A stretch of 64,000 bases of DNA from NCBI GenBank assembly GCA_964016885.1, contig OZ024763.1, forward strand, positions 6,510,001 to 6,574,000. Direction: 5' to 3'. A program made the position numbers and the translations under genes. This document shows, piece by piece, positions 35,940 through 46,203 of the stretch; position 1 is the stretch's first letter; every line of letters starts with the position of its first letter. Source of the DNA: Eledone cirrhosa (Eukaryota). A model generated the notes under the pieces. It was not told the origin of the DNA. It ran no database searches and saw only the letters and a list, made by a program, of their open reading frames with translations.

Positions 35940-38622
35940 GTGTGTATAATCATATATATATATATATATATATTTATATACACATATATTTATTCACACA
36001 TATACACATGCATACATACACATATATACACATACATACATACACATATATACACATACATACACACAAATATACATACACTCACATATATATACATACA
36101 TATACATATATATATGCATATACACACACACACACACATATATATATACACACACATACACATATATATATATATACACACATACACTCACACACAAACA
36201 TATATACACATACACATATAAATGTGTATATATATATATAAATATAAGGAGCAAGAATAAACTAATAAACTAATATATATACATATATACATATATAATT
36301 ATTTATATGAATATATTTAGATTTAGTGTAACCTATGCTGGCAAGGAAAACAGATGTTAAATTATGATAAAAGCTAGACGACAGGTTTACATAGCACATA
36401 AAGGAGCTGAAAGCAGGGAGGTTGTCTGCCAAGAATATGTAACGCGAGGACCTAAGATGTAATGTGATGTGTTGGGCAGAGCAAAGCAGTGTTTCAGTGT
36501 GAACCAGGATGTTGGGGGAGAAATGTATATTTAGAATGACACCAGTTCATTTAGCTTCACTGAGGCTCAGATTGACACAGGTTCACCTAGCTTCACTGAG
36601 GTTGGAAATGTTGTAAGAATCTGATGAATGTGGAGAATAAACTGACCCAACAGAGGGCCCAGCTATTGAAATTGATAGTTTTAGGGTCAAATGGTACTGA
36701 TAGTGTTGGTGATGATGATGATGGTGGTGGTGATGATGGTGGTGGTGGTGATGATGGTGGTGGTGGTGATGGTCGTGATTTTGGTGGTAGTGATGATGAT
36801 GGTGACGATGGTGGTGATGATGATGGTGGTGATGGTGCTGCTGATGATGATGATGGTGCTAGTGGTGATAATGATGGTGATGGTGGTGGTGATGATAATG
36901 ATGATGGTGGTGATGATGGTGATGACGATAGTGATGATGATAGTGATGATATAATATAATTGCTGTCTGCTTCTGTTTCTATATCCAGGTTCAGTGCCCT
37001 CCAGTCAAGTGTTATGCAGGTTTTGGGTAAGTAGAACATTTATAGGGTTTAAAAAAACAACCAGGGCTTTTATATTAATTAACAGACTCCCTTATAATCT
37101 TATAATCAGGGGCCATGTAGTATATATATATATATATATATACACACACATATATATATACTTTTATTCTTTGAATGTCTGCTTTCCCTGTTAGCAAAAA
37201 TTGGACTAATATATATATGTATATATATGTATGTATGTATATATATGTATGTATACACACACCGATACTATTTATATGCTATATACTCTGTTATATGTTA
37301 TCTCTGTCAGGGTCTCCCAACACCTGAAGGTCACATTATATAACATAACACCATATGGCATATGATGTTGGGGGTCTCTGTATGTGTGCATCGCTGTGTG
37401 TTAGTGTGTCTTTGTCTGTGGGTCTATGTGTGTCTGTGTATGTGGCAGGGTCTCTATACTATATGGAGGGAGTTGTGTGTTTATCTGTGTGCGTGTGTGT
37501 ATGTATGTGTGTGTTTATGTGTGTCTTTGTATGTGTGTCTGAATATCTGTGTGTATATGTGGGGGTTCAAGAAGGGTTATGGTGTTTTCAGAGTGTTTTG
37601 TTTATGTGTTAGGGCAATCAACAGTCATATATATATATATATCATCATCGTTTAACGTCCATATTCCACGCTTGCATGGGTTTGAACGGGAGTTTTCCCA
37701 CTTGAGGCAAGAGTGGTTGTCTTGCTCGCATAGGACTGTCTGGCGGGTTTTCTACAGCTGGATGCCCTTCCTACCACCAACCACGTTTACAGTGTGGAAC
37801 TGGGAGGTTTTTACCGTGTTACCTACACGGCCACATTACAGCGTGGACTGTGTTTTTTTTTGTCGTGACACCTACACGACCTCATTTGTTTCGGGCTGGA
37901 TGTTGTGGTATATATATATATATATATATATATACAAAAAAACACACAGTCCACGCTGTAATGTGGCCGTGTAGGCAACACGGTAAAAACCTCCCAGACC
38001 CACACTGTAAATGTGGTTGGTGTTAGGAAGGGCATCCAGCTGTAGAAAACCCGCCAGACAGTCCTATGCGAGCAAGACAATCACTCTTGCCTCAAGTGGG
38101 AAAACCCCCGTCCAAACCCATGCAAGCGTGGAACACGGACGTTAAACGTTGATGATGATGATGATGATGATGATGACACACACAGTATGTAAAGGTGCAT
38201 AGCTTAGTGGTTAGAGAGTCAGGCTTACAAATCCTGAGGTTGTGAGTTTGATTCTCAGACTGGGCTTTGCATTGTGTTCTTGAGCAAAATAATTTATTTC
38301 CCCGTTGCTCCAGTTCACTCAGCCCGCAATTGGCCAAGTGTGGCGTGTACGGCTACACCCCTGACATGGCCAAAACCAAAACAGAAACCGGTGGAGGGTT
38401 CCTCCAGTAGGAGTGAAAAGGCCCTGGATTGAATATACAGTATGTTTTCTGGGTCCCAAATATTAAGCCCCTATCGTGTTCTGTAGAATTATTCCAACTA
38501 CAATCTATTGTTTGTTGTCTTCTGTTGTAGTGGCTTTGCGGAATGCTCAGAGAAGGCTGCGACTGGCCAAGGAACGAGCTCCTGCAGCCCATGACTATCA
38601 GTTTGATTGTAATGATGTCTGA
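18122..38622 (+). CDS. MKS1: Meckel syndrome type 1 protein homolog (B9/C2-domain ciliary transition-zone protein), 5'-partial, 14 coding exons in window
   Basis: Hand-spliced exons 18122-18252, 21211-21256, 22803-22839, 23447-23503, 24789-24831, 24924-24986, 28875-28945, 31204-31282, 32400-32507, 33129-33262, 34772-34854, 35788-35847, 36989-37026, 38531-38622. All introns are GT-AG and all phases join into one open frame: VPKPEDERVLCAIEADSTGVISLRPDLNKGRKPY...[121 protein letters not shown]..DV*. These motifs match recalled MKS1 sequence ([58 protein letters not shown]). Confidence 0.95.
19760..20490. repeat. about 120-bp higher-order compound microsatellite repeat
   Basis: recurring aaacacaaaacatacagatacacaaac blocks with variable TA/CA runs; similar organisation at 38835-39610 and 56320-57490. 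Confidence 0.85.
21211..21256 (+). CDS. MKS1: MKS1 exon
   Basis: long pyrimidine tract ccttccag|AT...AGCAG|gttggt; encodes (D)VFEYTIEHVSDNIS(R); phase fits both neighbours. Confidence 0.85.
21300..22080. repeat. about 201-bp tandem repeat, about 4 copies
   Basis: gatagggcttgaa at 21504, 21705 and 21906; last copy runs into a SINE fragment at 22050-22220. Confidence 0.85.
22292..22570 (+). repeat. 48-bp tandem amplification of a TTAA-CCCT (piggyBac-like MITE) terminus
   Basis: unit tctttaaccctttcattaccatatttctaatgaaagacactgtctatg, about 6 copies; related opposite-orientation ends (agggttaa) at 32600-33110. Confidence 0.7.
22803..22839 (+). CDS. MKS1: MKS1 exon
   Basis: ttgtttcag|A...GTGAG|gtatgt; encodes EYYEQEQKMYSE. 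Confidence 0.85.
22855..23402. repeat. 57-bp then about 95-bp tandem copies of a SINE-like end
   Basis: unit cttttactagtgtcagacattagactgtggactgtggccaagctggggcactgcctt. Confidence 0.8.
23447..23503 (+). CDS. MKS1: MKS1 exon
   Basis: ccattacag|CTC...GTG|gtaaga; encodes [19 protein letters not shown]. Confidence 0.9.
23880..24480 (+). mobile_element. RTE-LINE 3' UTR with internal 49-bp tandem repeat (about 6.5 copies)
   Basis: 23940-24100 matches the reverse complement of 50430-50650, which adjoins RTE ORF2; unit aaaaaaagcacccagcccacactgtaaagtggatgtggaggtgccacgg. Confidence 0.8.
24789..24831 (+). CDS. MKS1: MKS1 exon (start of B9 domain)
   Basis: cctttcag|ATT...ATTG|gtaagt; encodes [14 protein letters not shown]. 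Confidence 0.92.
24924..24986 (+). CDS. MKS1: MKS1 exon
   Basis: tttttcag|AA...AAAG|gtgagt; encodes (E)[20 protein letters not shown]. Confidence 0.95.
25555..28248. repeat. 80-bp satellite, about 34 near-identical copies, intronic in MKS1
   Basis: unit gtttggttcctctgtgttgagacctggtgtacatgagagagatggggagagtgggagagatagaggtggtgacagtgggg; only about 3 variable positions. Confidence 0.97.
28332..28811. repeat. CTAG-rich tandem array closed by one inverted unit
   Basis: units ctagttgttgactgacta..; left end aatagttgttgactga, right end tcagtcagcaactatt. Confidence 0.75.
28875..28945 (+). CDS. MKS1: MKS1 exon
   Basis: tttgcag|GC...ACG|gttagt; encodes (G)WSVPPSQELSWVTQTCHTKEEGT. Confidence 0.92.
29230..29284 (-). 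ncRNA. minimal type-I hammerhead ribozyme motif
   Basis: minus strand ACTGC-CTGAAGA-GGTcaCAG...CTGtcACC-GAAA-TATATA-TA-GCAGT; perfect 5-bp stem I abutting the core. Confidence 0.72.
29881..30255 (-). mobile_element. TA-tract hairpin+tail insert with hammerhead-like core
   Basis: arms 29975-30111/30119-30254 (one 1-nt indel), 7-nt loop, unique tail 29881-29974, (TA)n both sides; CTGATGA 30160-30166, GAAA 30187-30190. Confidence 0.8.
31204..31282 (+). CDS. MKS1: MKS1 exon
   Basis: ttgttgcag|GAA...GAAG|gtccgt; encodes ENIAYYSFPFNLEMFYRAEQTQSNHE. Confidence 0.88.
31320..31656. mobile_element. MITE/foldback element with about 110-bp imperfect TIRs
   Basis: aatatttggtttgtttacaagtaaacagcctcataa.. 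/ ..ttatgaggctgtttacatgtaaaccaaccaaatatt; solo related end at about 54943-55025. Confidence 0.8.
32400..32507 (+). CDS. MKS1: MKS1 exon
   Basis: ttgttacag|AA...ACAG|gtaata; encodes (E)[35 protein letters not shown]. Confidence 0.95.
33129..33262 (+). CDS. MKS1: MKS1 exon
   Basis: tattgtag|GG...GAG|gtataa; encodes (G)[44 protein letters not shown]. Confidence 0.95.
33905..34742 (-). mobile_element. RTE (Rex3/Expander-like) LINE 3' end with 123-bp tandem amplification (about 5 copies)
   Basis: minus-strand IRESLQVELL..IERSQL*YYGHV..GRKPRGRP..GWSRLGIQPDQL..W..LPP; unit starts 34106, 34229, 34352. Confidence 0.8.
34772..34854 (+). CDS. MKS1: MKS1 exon
   Basis: tttttcag|GGC...TCAAA|gtaagg; encodes [27 protein letters not shown]. 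Confidence 0.95.
34900..35670 (+). repeat. 45-bp tandem repeat (about 16 copies) of a degenerate SINE head, ending in the SINE core
   Basis: unit ctggtagtgtagtagttagagtgttgggtttactgtatataatac; last unit continues into tccttgagcaagacac. Confidence 0.85.
35788..35847 (+). CDS. MKS1: MKS1 exon
   Basis: ttctttag|G...ATGGG|gtgagt; encodes (K)DFFDKKASSKASSNIMRSM. Confidence 0.87.
36989..37026 (+). CDS. MKS1: MKS1 exon
   Basis: atatccag|G...TTGG|gtaagt; encodes (G)FSALQSSVMQVL. Confidence 0.87.
37641..38158. mobile_element. inverted pair of RTE-tail-type repeats
   Basis: 37641-37862 and 37934-38158 are reverse complements with few mismatches, separated by a short spacer ending in (TA)n. Confidence 0.88.
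38531..38622 (+). CDS. MKS1: MKS1 terminal coding exon
   Basis: ctgttgtag|TG...TGA; encodes (V)[29 protein letters not shown], resembling the recalled C-terminal helix AFRRARRRMQEARE. Confidence 0.9.
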
Positions 38623-38814
38623 TTCCTGAACACTTTTTTTCACTTATTGTCTCATCTCTTGTAATTTTTACATCATTCTATATCACCACAACCACCATCA
38701 TCATCACCATCATAATCAATATCATCATCATCAACAGCATCTTCACTATCATGACTATCATCATCATCACCATAATCACCATCAGTATTTTATAAGTATT
38801 ATATGCATGTTTAA

Positions 38815-38858
<44 letters not shown>

Positions 38859-39034
38859 CTATGTATGCATGTATGTATGTAAGTATGAGTGTGTAGATGA
38901 ATATATATATATATGTGTGTGTGTGTAAGGATATATATATATGTGTGTGTGTGTGTGTGTATCTATGTATGCATGTATGTATGTAAGTATGAGTGTGTAG
39001 ATGAATATATATATATATATGTGTGTGTGTAAGG

Positions 39035-39070
<36 letters not shown>

Positions 39071-39140
39071 ATCTATGTATGCATGTATGTAAGTATGAGT
39101 GTGTAGATGAATATATATATATGTGTGTGTGTGTGTAAGG

Positions 39141-39194
<54 letters not shown>

Positions 39195-39266
39195 CTATGT
39201 ATGCATGTATGTATGTAAGTATGAGTGTGTAGATGAATATATATATATGTGTGTGTGTGTGTAAGG

Positions 39267-39310
<44 letters not shown>

Positions 39311-39382
39311 CTATGTATGCATGTATGTATGTAAGTATGAGTGTGTAGATGAATATATATATATATGTGTGTGTGTGTAAGG

Positions 39383-39428
<46 letters not shown>

Positions 39429-39502
39429 CTATGTATGCATGTATGTATGTAAGTATGAGTGTGTAGATGAATATATATATATGTGTGTGTGTGTGTGTAA
39501 GG

Positions 39503-39538
<36 letters not shown>

Positions 39539-40304
39539 ATCTATGTATGCATGTATGTATGTAAGTATGAGTGTGTAGATGAATATATATATATATGTGT
39601 GTGTGTGTGTAAGGAGGTTCCCCCCTCCCCTGTGATCCCCCCTCTCCTGTGAACCCCCCCTGTGATCCCAGGTGTATGTTGGTGTTAATAGAAACATTAT
39701 TTCATCACCTGAGTCCTTGTTACAAGAAGGAAGGGAGATGGGAGAGTTCAGTATAGTTACAAGAGTTAGGGGAGTGAGGTAGGGGAAGTGAAGAGTGATG
39801 AGAAAGTCGATTGTATTTTCAAGAGCTGAGGGAGTGGGTAGTATGGAGTGATGGAAGGGTCCATTATTTCTACAAGAGGTGGAGGAGTGATGGGAGAGTC
39901 CATTGTAGTTTCTAGAGCTGGGGTAGTATGGGATGATGGAAGGGTCCATTATTTCTACAAGAGGTGGAGGAGTGATGGGAGAGTCCATTGTAGTTTCTAG
40001 AGCTGGGGTAGTATGGGATGATGGAAGGGTCCATTATTATTGCAAGAACGTGTATTGTCGTGTATTGTCGTGTACTGTCCTTAATGTCTACTTTATGTAA
40101 ACCCTTGTGGTTAATAAAGAAAACATTATTATTGCAAGAACTGGGGGGGGGTTAAGTGGGTAGTGTGCCCGGGGGGGGGGGGAGTAATGTTTACAAAAGC
40201 ATCCGTCCCTTACACATAACTGTCCTGAGCTCAAATCCCATTGAGGTCACCTTTGTCTTTCATCCTTTCCTCAGGGGTACCAGTCATATATTGAGGGATT
40301 AATA

Positions 40305-40455
40305 TTAATCCTAAATCCAACCCTAAACCTAACACTAACTCCAATCCTAACTTCCAACTCTAACCCTAACACTCACCTCAACCCTAACCCCACCCTAACA
40401 GTAACCCTAACCTTAAACCTACATCTAACTAATATACCCAAACATACCCCAACCC
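40305..40455. repeat. degenerate (TAACCC)n telomere-like tract
   Basis: ccctaa/cctaac hexamer variants. Confidence 0.6.
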
Positions 40456-41620
40456 TCATTGCTGTCCCTATATCTACATTAGAAGCCATTATTGACATGT
40501 CTATTATATGTTTATATAAACCTTGTGGCTAATAAAGAATTTATTATTGTTATTGTTGTTATTATTATTGTTATTATTGTTGTTGTTGTTGTTATTATTG
40601 TTGTTGTTAGTGTTGTTGCTGTTGTTGTTGTTGTTGTTGTTGTTATTGTTGTTGTTGTTAGTGTTGTTATTGTTGTTGTTGTTGTTGTTGTTAGTGTTGT
40701 TGTTAGTGTTGTTGTTAGTGTTGTTGTTGTTATTGTTGTTGTTATTGTTGTTGTTGTTGTTAGTGTTGTTGTTGTTTTAATGTTGTTGATATTATTCTTT
40801 TAATCCTTTTTTTCCACTACCCCATCACTATTACAACAACCACCACCACCGCCATCACCACCACCACCACCATCACCACCGCCATCACCACCACCATCAC
40901 CACCACCACCACCATCACTACCACCGCCATCACCACCACCACCACCATCACTACCACCGCCATCACCACCACCATCACCACCACCATCACTACCACCGCC
41001 ATCACTACCACTGCCATCACCACCACCACCACCATCACTACCACCGCCATCACCACCACCATCACTACCACCGCCATCACCACCTCTATCATCACAACCA
41101 CCAACACCAATACCACCACCACCATCACCACCATCACCGCTATCACCGCCACTAACACCACCACCTCCAACATCATGATGATGATGATGGTGATGCTGCT
41201 GGTGGTGGTGGTGGTGATGGAGATGATACTGATGATGGTGATGGTGATGGTGATAGTGCTGGTGGTGGTGGTAGTGGTGATGGTGGGGTGGGGGGTGGGG
41301 GTGATGAAGATGATGGTGATGGTGGTGGTGATGGTTGTGATGGTGAATGGTAGTAATGCTGATGATGATGGTGGTGATGTTGGAGATGATGATGGTGATG
41401 GTGATTTTGCTGACGATAATGAAGGTGGTGGTGGTGGTGGTGATGTTGGAGATGATGATGATGGTGGTAGTGATGATGATGATGTTGATGATGGAGGTAG
41501 TGATGATGGAATTGAGATAAGTTTTGCAGCTGCAAAGAAGATGAAAAAACAACAAAAATCTGAGGAAAATGATAAGACATGGAACTGGGGTATTTAAGAC
41601 ACCCCTTTTGTATATATAGT

Positions 41621-41900
41621 GAAGGCACATGGCTTAGTGGTTAGAGCAGTAGGCTTGCAGTCGAAAGGTTGTGAGTTCAATTCTCGAACTGGGTGATGTG
41701 TTGTTTCCTTGAGCAAGACACTTTATTTCACGTTGCTCCAGTTTACTCAGCTGAAAATGAGTGCCAGCAATAGCTGGAGGTTTAACCATGCGATGGACTG
41801 GCGTCCTGTCCAGGGGGGAGTCTTGTACTCTCAGTCGCTTCACGCCATGAAACTGGGATAAGCACCGGCCAAATGAGCCTTCTGGCTCAAGACAGATTTT
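41621..41900 (+). mobile_element. tRNA/CORE-type SINE with alternative tail (type 2)
   Basis: same head and core as 17717 but continues gcgatggactggcgtcctgtccagggg..aatgagcc; flanked by ttttgtatatatagtg direct repeats. Confidence 0.82.
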
Positions 41901-41931
41901 AGACTTTTTTTTGTATATATAGTGTGTATAT

Positions 41932-41960
<29 letters not shown>

Positions 41961-41963
<3 letters not shown>

Positions 41964-42408
41964 CGATATTAAACAAATGGAAACTATATTTATAAAACCA
42001 TATTTATTTCATTATACATATTTCAGGGATACCATATTAAAAATATGGCATGCCTTCTTCAGATAAAATACAATATATAAGCAGTTTTATAAATAAATTT
42101 GACGTACCATAAAAATATTGATCAACTTCCATTTAAAAAAGTTGGTTTGGTAAATGGAAGTTGATCAATATTTTTATGGTACGTCAAATTTATTTATAAA
42201 ACTGCTTATATATTGTATTTTATCTGAAGAAGGCATGCCATATTTTTAATATGGTATCCCTGAAGTATGTATAATGAAATAAATATGGTTTTATAAATAT
42301 AGTTTCCATTTGTTTAATATTGTATATCTACTCCAAAACTTGTTGAGTGCTTTATATCAGTTATAAAATATTTACTCGTTGTAACCCAACAATTTTAAAT
42401 AAAACTTT

Positions 42409-42412
<4 letters not shown>
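41961..42412 (+). mobile_element. TA-tract hairpin+tail insert, family A, with hammerhead-like core
   Basis: arms about 41961-42135/42151-42325, 15-nt loop, tail 42328-42412; CTGAAGA 42224-42230 with paired stem II. Confidence 0.85.
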
Positions 42413-42440
<28 letters not shown>

Positions 42441-42741
42441 CTATATATATACATATACTACATTATATATGTATATATACACATCCACACTTTTGTATAT
42501 ATATGTATGAGTGTATATTTATATACCCATCATACCCATCTATACTAGCATGGGAAATGGACGTTAAACGATGATGATATACACACCCGCACATATTTAA
42601 GGTTGGGGAGGACCATTCAGTTGTGTGAAGGACATGACAACCTCTCCTGTGTACTCGGGAGAATGTGAGACTGTAAACGAGATTCAGACCCCCCCCCCAG
42701 CCTATAGATAGAGAGAGAGAGAGAGATATATTTGCTCCTCC

Positions 42742-42791
<50 letters not shown>

Positions 42792-42979
42792 CTGACCAGA
42801 CCTGCTCACTCTCCTTTATCTTTCTATTTTATTTCTCATTCTATTTTCTAATGAAGGACTAGTGTCTGAAATGTTAAGATTCTTTTCCTACTATATAAAG
42901 CATTAAACTAATATATTTCTTCATTCTACTGTGTTGTCTGTTTTGTTGTTTCTGTTTACTTTTTGCATGTATATATATA

Positions 42980-43100
42980 GTTAATAAGGTAGTCAATAAA
43001 TTAGAAGTGTGTGTAAACATCAAGTTTAATATAGAAATGTCTTCTACAGGACTAGAACAAACTGTTCTAGTCTTGTAGAAGACATTTCTATATTAAACTT
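42980..43100 (-). mobile_element. TA-tract hairpin+tail insert
   Basis: 38-bp arms 43022-43059/43063-43100, 3-nt loop, one mismatch; tail 42980-43021. Confidence 0.75.
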
Positions 43101-43289
43101 TATATATATATATATATATATCATCTTTCGTTTCTGAATTTGTTTAGCAAGATTCTTTATCTGAAATCGTGTGTTGAAACCGATATTGTTATACTTTGGG
43201 AGGGTCATGTTGCCAATAACACACACACAGAAACAAAATGGCGTAGGACAGAAGAAAGGAAAGGCACAGAAACAAAGAAAGGAATCCCC

Positions 43290-43334
43290 AGTCACTGAAG
43301 AGGTCACAGAGTGTGTGACGAAAGGACTATGACT
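43290..43334 (+). ncRNA. minimal type-I hammerhead ribozyme motif
   Basis: AGTCA-CTGAAGA-G-GTCAC(agagtgt)GTGAC-GAAA-GGAC-TA-TGACT; lies between perfect 37-bp inverted repeats 43183-43219/43464-43500. Confidence 0.75.
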
Positions 43335-44225
43335 ATATATAAACAACTATCTGGTTGTGGAACCAACCAACCAACCAGAAATTTATAAGTTTGTAGATTT
43401 GTAAATTTATAAATTTATAAATATATAATAAATTGAAGTGAAAGCAACTGGTGCGTGTGTTTCTTATTGGCAACATGACCCTCCCAAAGTATAACAATAT
43501 ATATCATCATTTTACGTCTGCTTTTCCCTGCTTGCAAGGGTGGGACATATATATATATATAAATTAGCATATAGAGAGAAGTACACACAGAGATATGTGT
43601 TCAATCAAAGGGGATCAAAAACCACCAGAGTGATGAACATATAACTATGGAAGGAATGGTGAATACAAATCAATTAAAAGAATAAATTAAAGTATCCTAG
43701 CCATCCAATTATAACTATAGCACCAGGACATGCTCAAAATAGAGTATGTTTCGACATAAAAAGTGAAGAATACATATTGTAGATGTAGCTCATCAGCCGA
43801 GGTCTATCAATTCAATCAACACTTCTAAAAATATATCAGATGACTAAGAAATCATGCATGGTAAAGAGGAAAGACGTGTGTTTTATAGCCCATGGTGGTG
43901 TGAATAGAGCAAAAGACTGCTAAAAACAGCAGCTCAGAACCGTTCAACTTAAGAAGCTCTACTTACATATAGAAATAAATTAGGAGCCAATATATATTGG
44001 CTCCTAATTTATAAAGAACCCGGAATCTATTTCTTGAGCTCATTAAATTATAGGAGATTAATGTGAGTCTTTATACACACACACACACACACATATATAT
44101 GCTGCTTCGATCGTCTCTGTGTTAAAAACATAAACACACTTTTTTCTTCTGTTTTTTTTCTTTGCTTTTTTCCTTAAAGCCCCTTAGAACGTGTTTACCA
44201 CCATTCCTTTGGTATACATCTATTA

Positions 44226-44294
44226 TGCAATTTACACCTGAAGATGTCACCGGGTCCTTATGCAACCTGGCCACTGAAATGTTCAGTGTTTGCA
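44226..44294 (+). ncRNA. hammerhead-like motif
   Basis: TGCAA-tt-t-ACAC-CTGAAGA-tg..ccgggt/acctgg..ca-ct-GAAA-tgttca-GTGT-TTGCA. Confidence 0.55.
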
Positions 44295-44564
44295 GAAATA
44301 AATAAATAAGGAAATTGAATTTATTTGGCCTCCTGTCATTTTACTTTATAATATATTCGACTCCGTTCCCACACCGCCAACATGATTCAACATCAAAGAT
44401 GGATGAGTTGCATAACGTTGAGTGCTTTTCTCATATTACGTCATGATTTACATTGCAGAATGACCAATTCTACCCAGTGGTAAACCATCAAATTTAAACG
44501 TATATATATATATATTTATTTACACATATACAAAAGAGAGAGAGAGAGAGAGGGGGGGATAAGG

Positions 44565-44603
<39 letters not shown>

Positions 44604-45409
44604 AGGGAGAGTCAGCAATAAAAAATCAAATCAAAACAAACCAACATGGCTTCCATATCGATGTCAATTGGGATACACTTTCGTTTCTCTCTAAATTACC
44701 CCAGAAAAACACGTTATCCACAGGTAGGTAATATTCTAATAAACTCATAACAGAATTATTAATATTATATAATAATATTTATTATATTATTTATTGAAAT
44801 ATGTGTTTTATGTTGATGGCGGACAACAGGTGTTTGGGACAATGGAGGAGGAGAGGGGGGAAAATATCCAACTTGTAGAAAACTTATAATGAAACGATCG
44901 TTTGGAAAGAGGGATGTATTTAATTATGTCTCATATAAGATAATACATAAAAGATGTATTTAATTATGTCTCATATAAGATAATACAACTGGCTATCCGC
45001 AAAATACGTATAGTCAGCACCCCAAACGTATAATTGGGATTATACTAAGGTCTCTCCTAATGTTTGTTGAGTGAGACGGAAGCCGGTCGGAGTATTGCTT
45101 AAAGCTTTCTCTGTTAATGTATTAAATATGTATATATGTATATATATATATATATAAAAAGTGACAATAAGAAATGCAGCTTCTTATAAACTTTATTACA
45201 TATTACAATTTGTTTCTTTATCGACCAGCTCGGGTTTGACATTGTGATCGGGTCCCGCCTCTTAGTAGACTTTTTAAGGTAAAGAGTTTACATGGGTGAT
45301 ATATATTTTGACCCCTACCAACAGAACTGCCGGTCAACTCGGGGTCACGGCATCTGTCCATATGCTACCCAGTGGAGTAATATATATATATACATATATA
45401 TATATATAT

Positions 45410-45575
45410 TAAAATAACAGATTAAAGTTTAAGCAAAGAATCGGTACTTTCACCCATAACGGGATCTTCTGAAACAGCGATTCTTTGCTTAAACTTTAAT
45501 CTGGGTTGTTATATATTTGATATATATTTATCCTTATCGAGCCCTCTTTGGATTTTAGTCTTCAAATTTATTATT
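45410..45575 (+). mobile_element. TA-tract hairpin+tail insert
   Basis: 26-bp arms 45418-45443/45478-45503; spacer reads on the - strand as degenerate core cagaaga-tccc..ggg-t-gaaa-gtac; related fragment at about 60985-61028. Confidence 0.65.
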
Positions 45576-45580
45576 ATTAC

Positions 45581-45611
<31 letters not shown>

Positions 45612-45826
45612 ATATATATATACATACACACACAAATGTAATGAATCAAAACATCAAATATGTTAGAATTTTGTGTTTCTCAATAAGATAGCTCAATAGA
45701 CATTATCCAGAGTTAATACAGTATACTGTTTCCTCTACGATTCTTTCTCTCACTATATATATACATATATCTTTTTCATTTTATATATATATATATATAT
45801 ATATTATTATTATTATTATTATTTAC

Positions 45827-46090
45827 ATTTAATTACATAATAAACAACAGAATATAATTATTTCATTACCGAAGGTTTTAAGAAACTAAATAGTCAGACA
45901 AAATAAATATTTTGTCTGACTATTGTACTGGATGTTTATCGGAAGAATCATCTAGTTTCTTGAAACCTTCGATAATGAAATAATTATATTCTGTTGTTTA
46001 TTATGTAATTAAATATCTCTGTACATACAATACACAGAGAACTTTTTTTTCCTTTACCTTTTCTACGAACATATTTAACTCATAAAACAT
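45827..46090 (+). mobile_element. TA-tract hairpin+tail insert with nested hairpin
   Basis: 62-bp arms 45827-45888/45953-46014, inner hairpin 45889-45924, tail to 46090. Confidence 0.75.
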
Positions 46091-46138
46091 ATATATATAT
46101 ATGTATAGATATTTTATATATATATATGTATATGTATA

Positions 46139-46203
<65 letters not shown>

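Noticed and set aside
40110-40540. AATAAA at about 40113 and 40531 as MKS1 poly(A) signals
   Set aside because: Both sit in the same short repeated motif (aaaccyttgtggytaataaagaa), and nothing in the sequence ties them to the MKS1 transcript.
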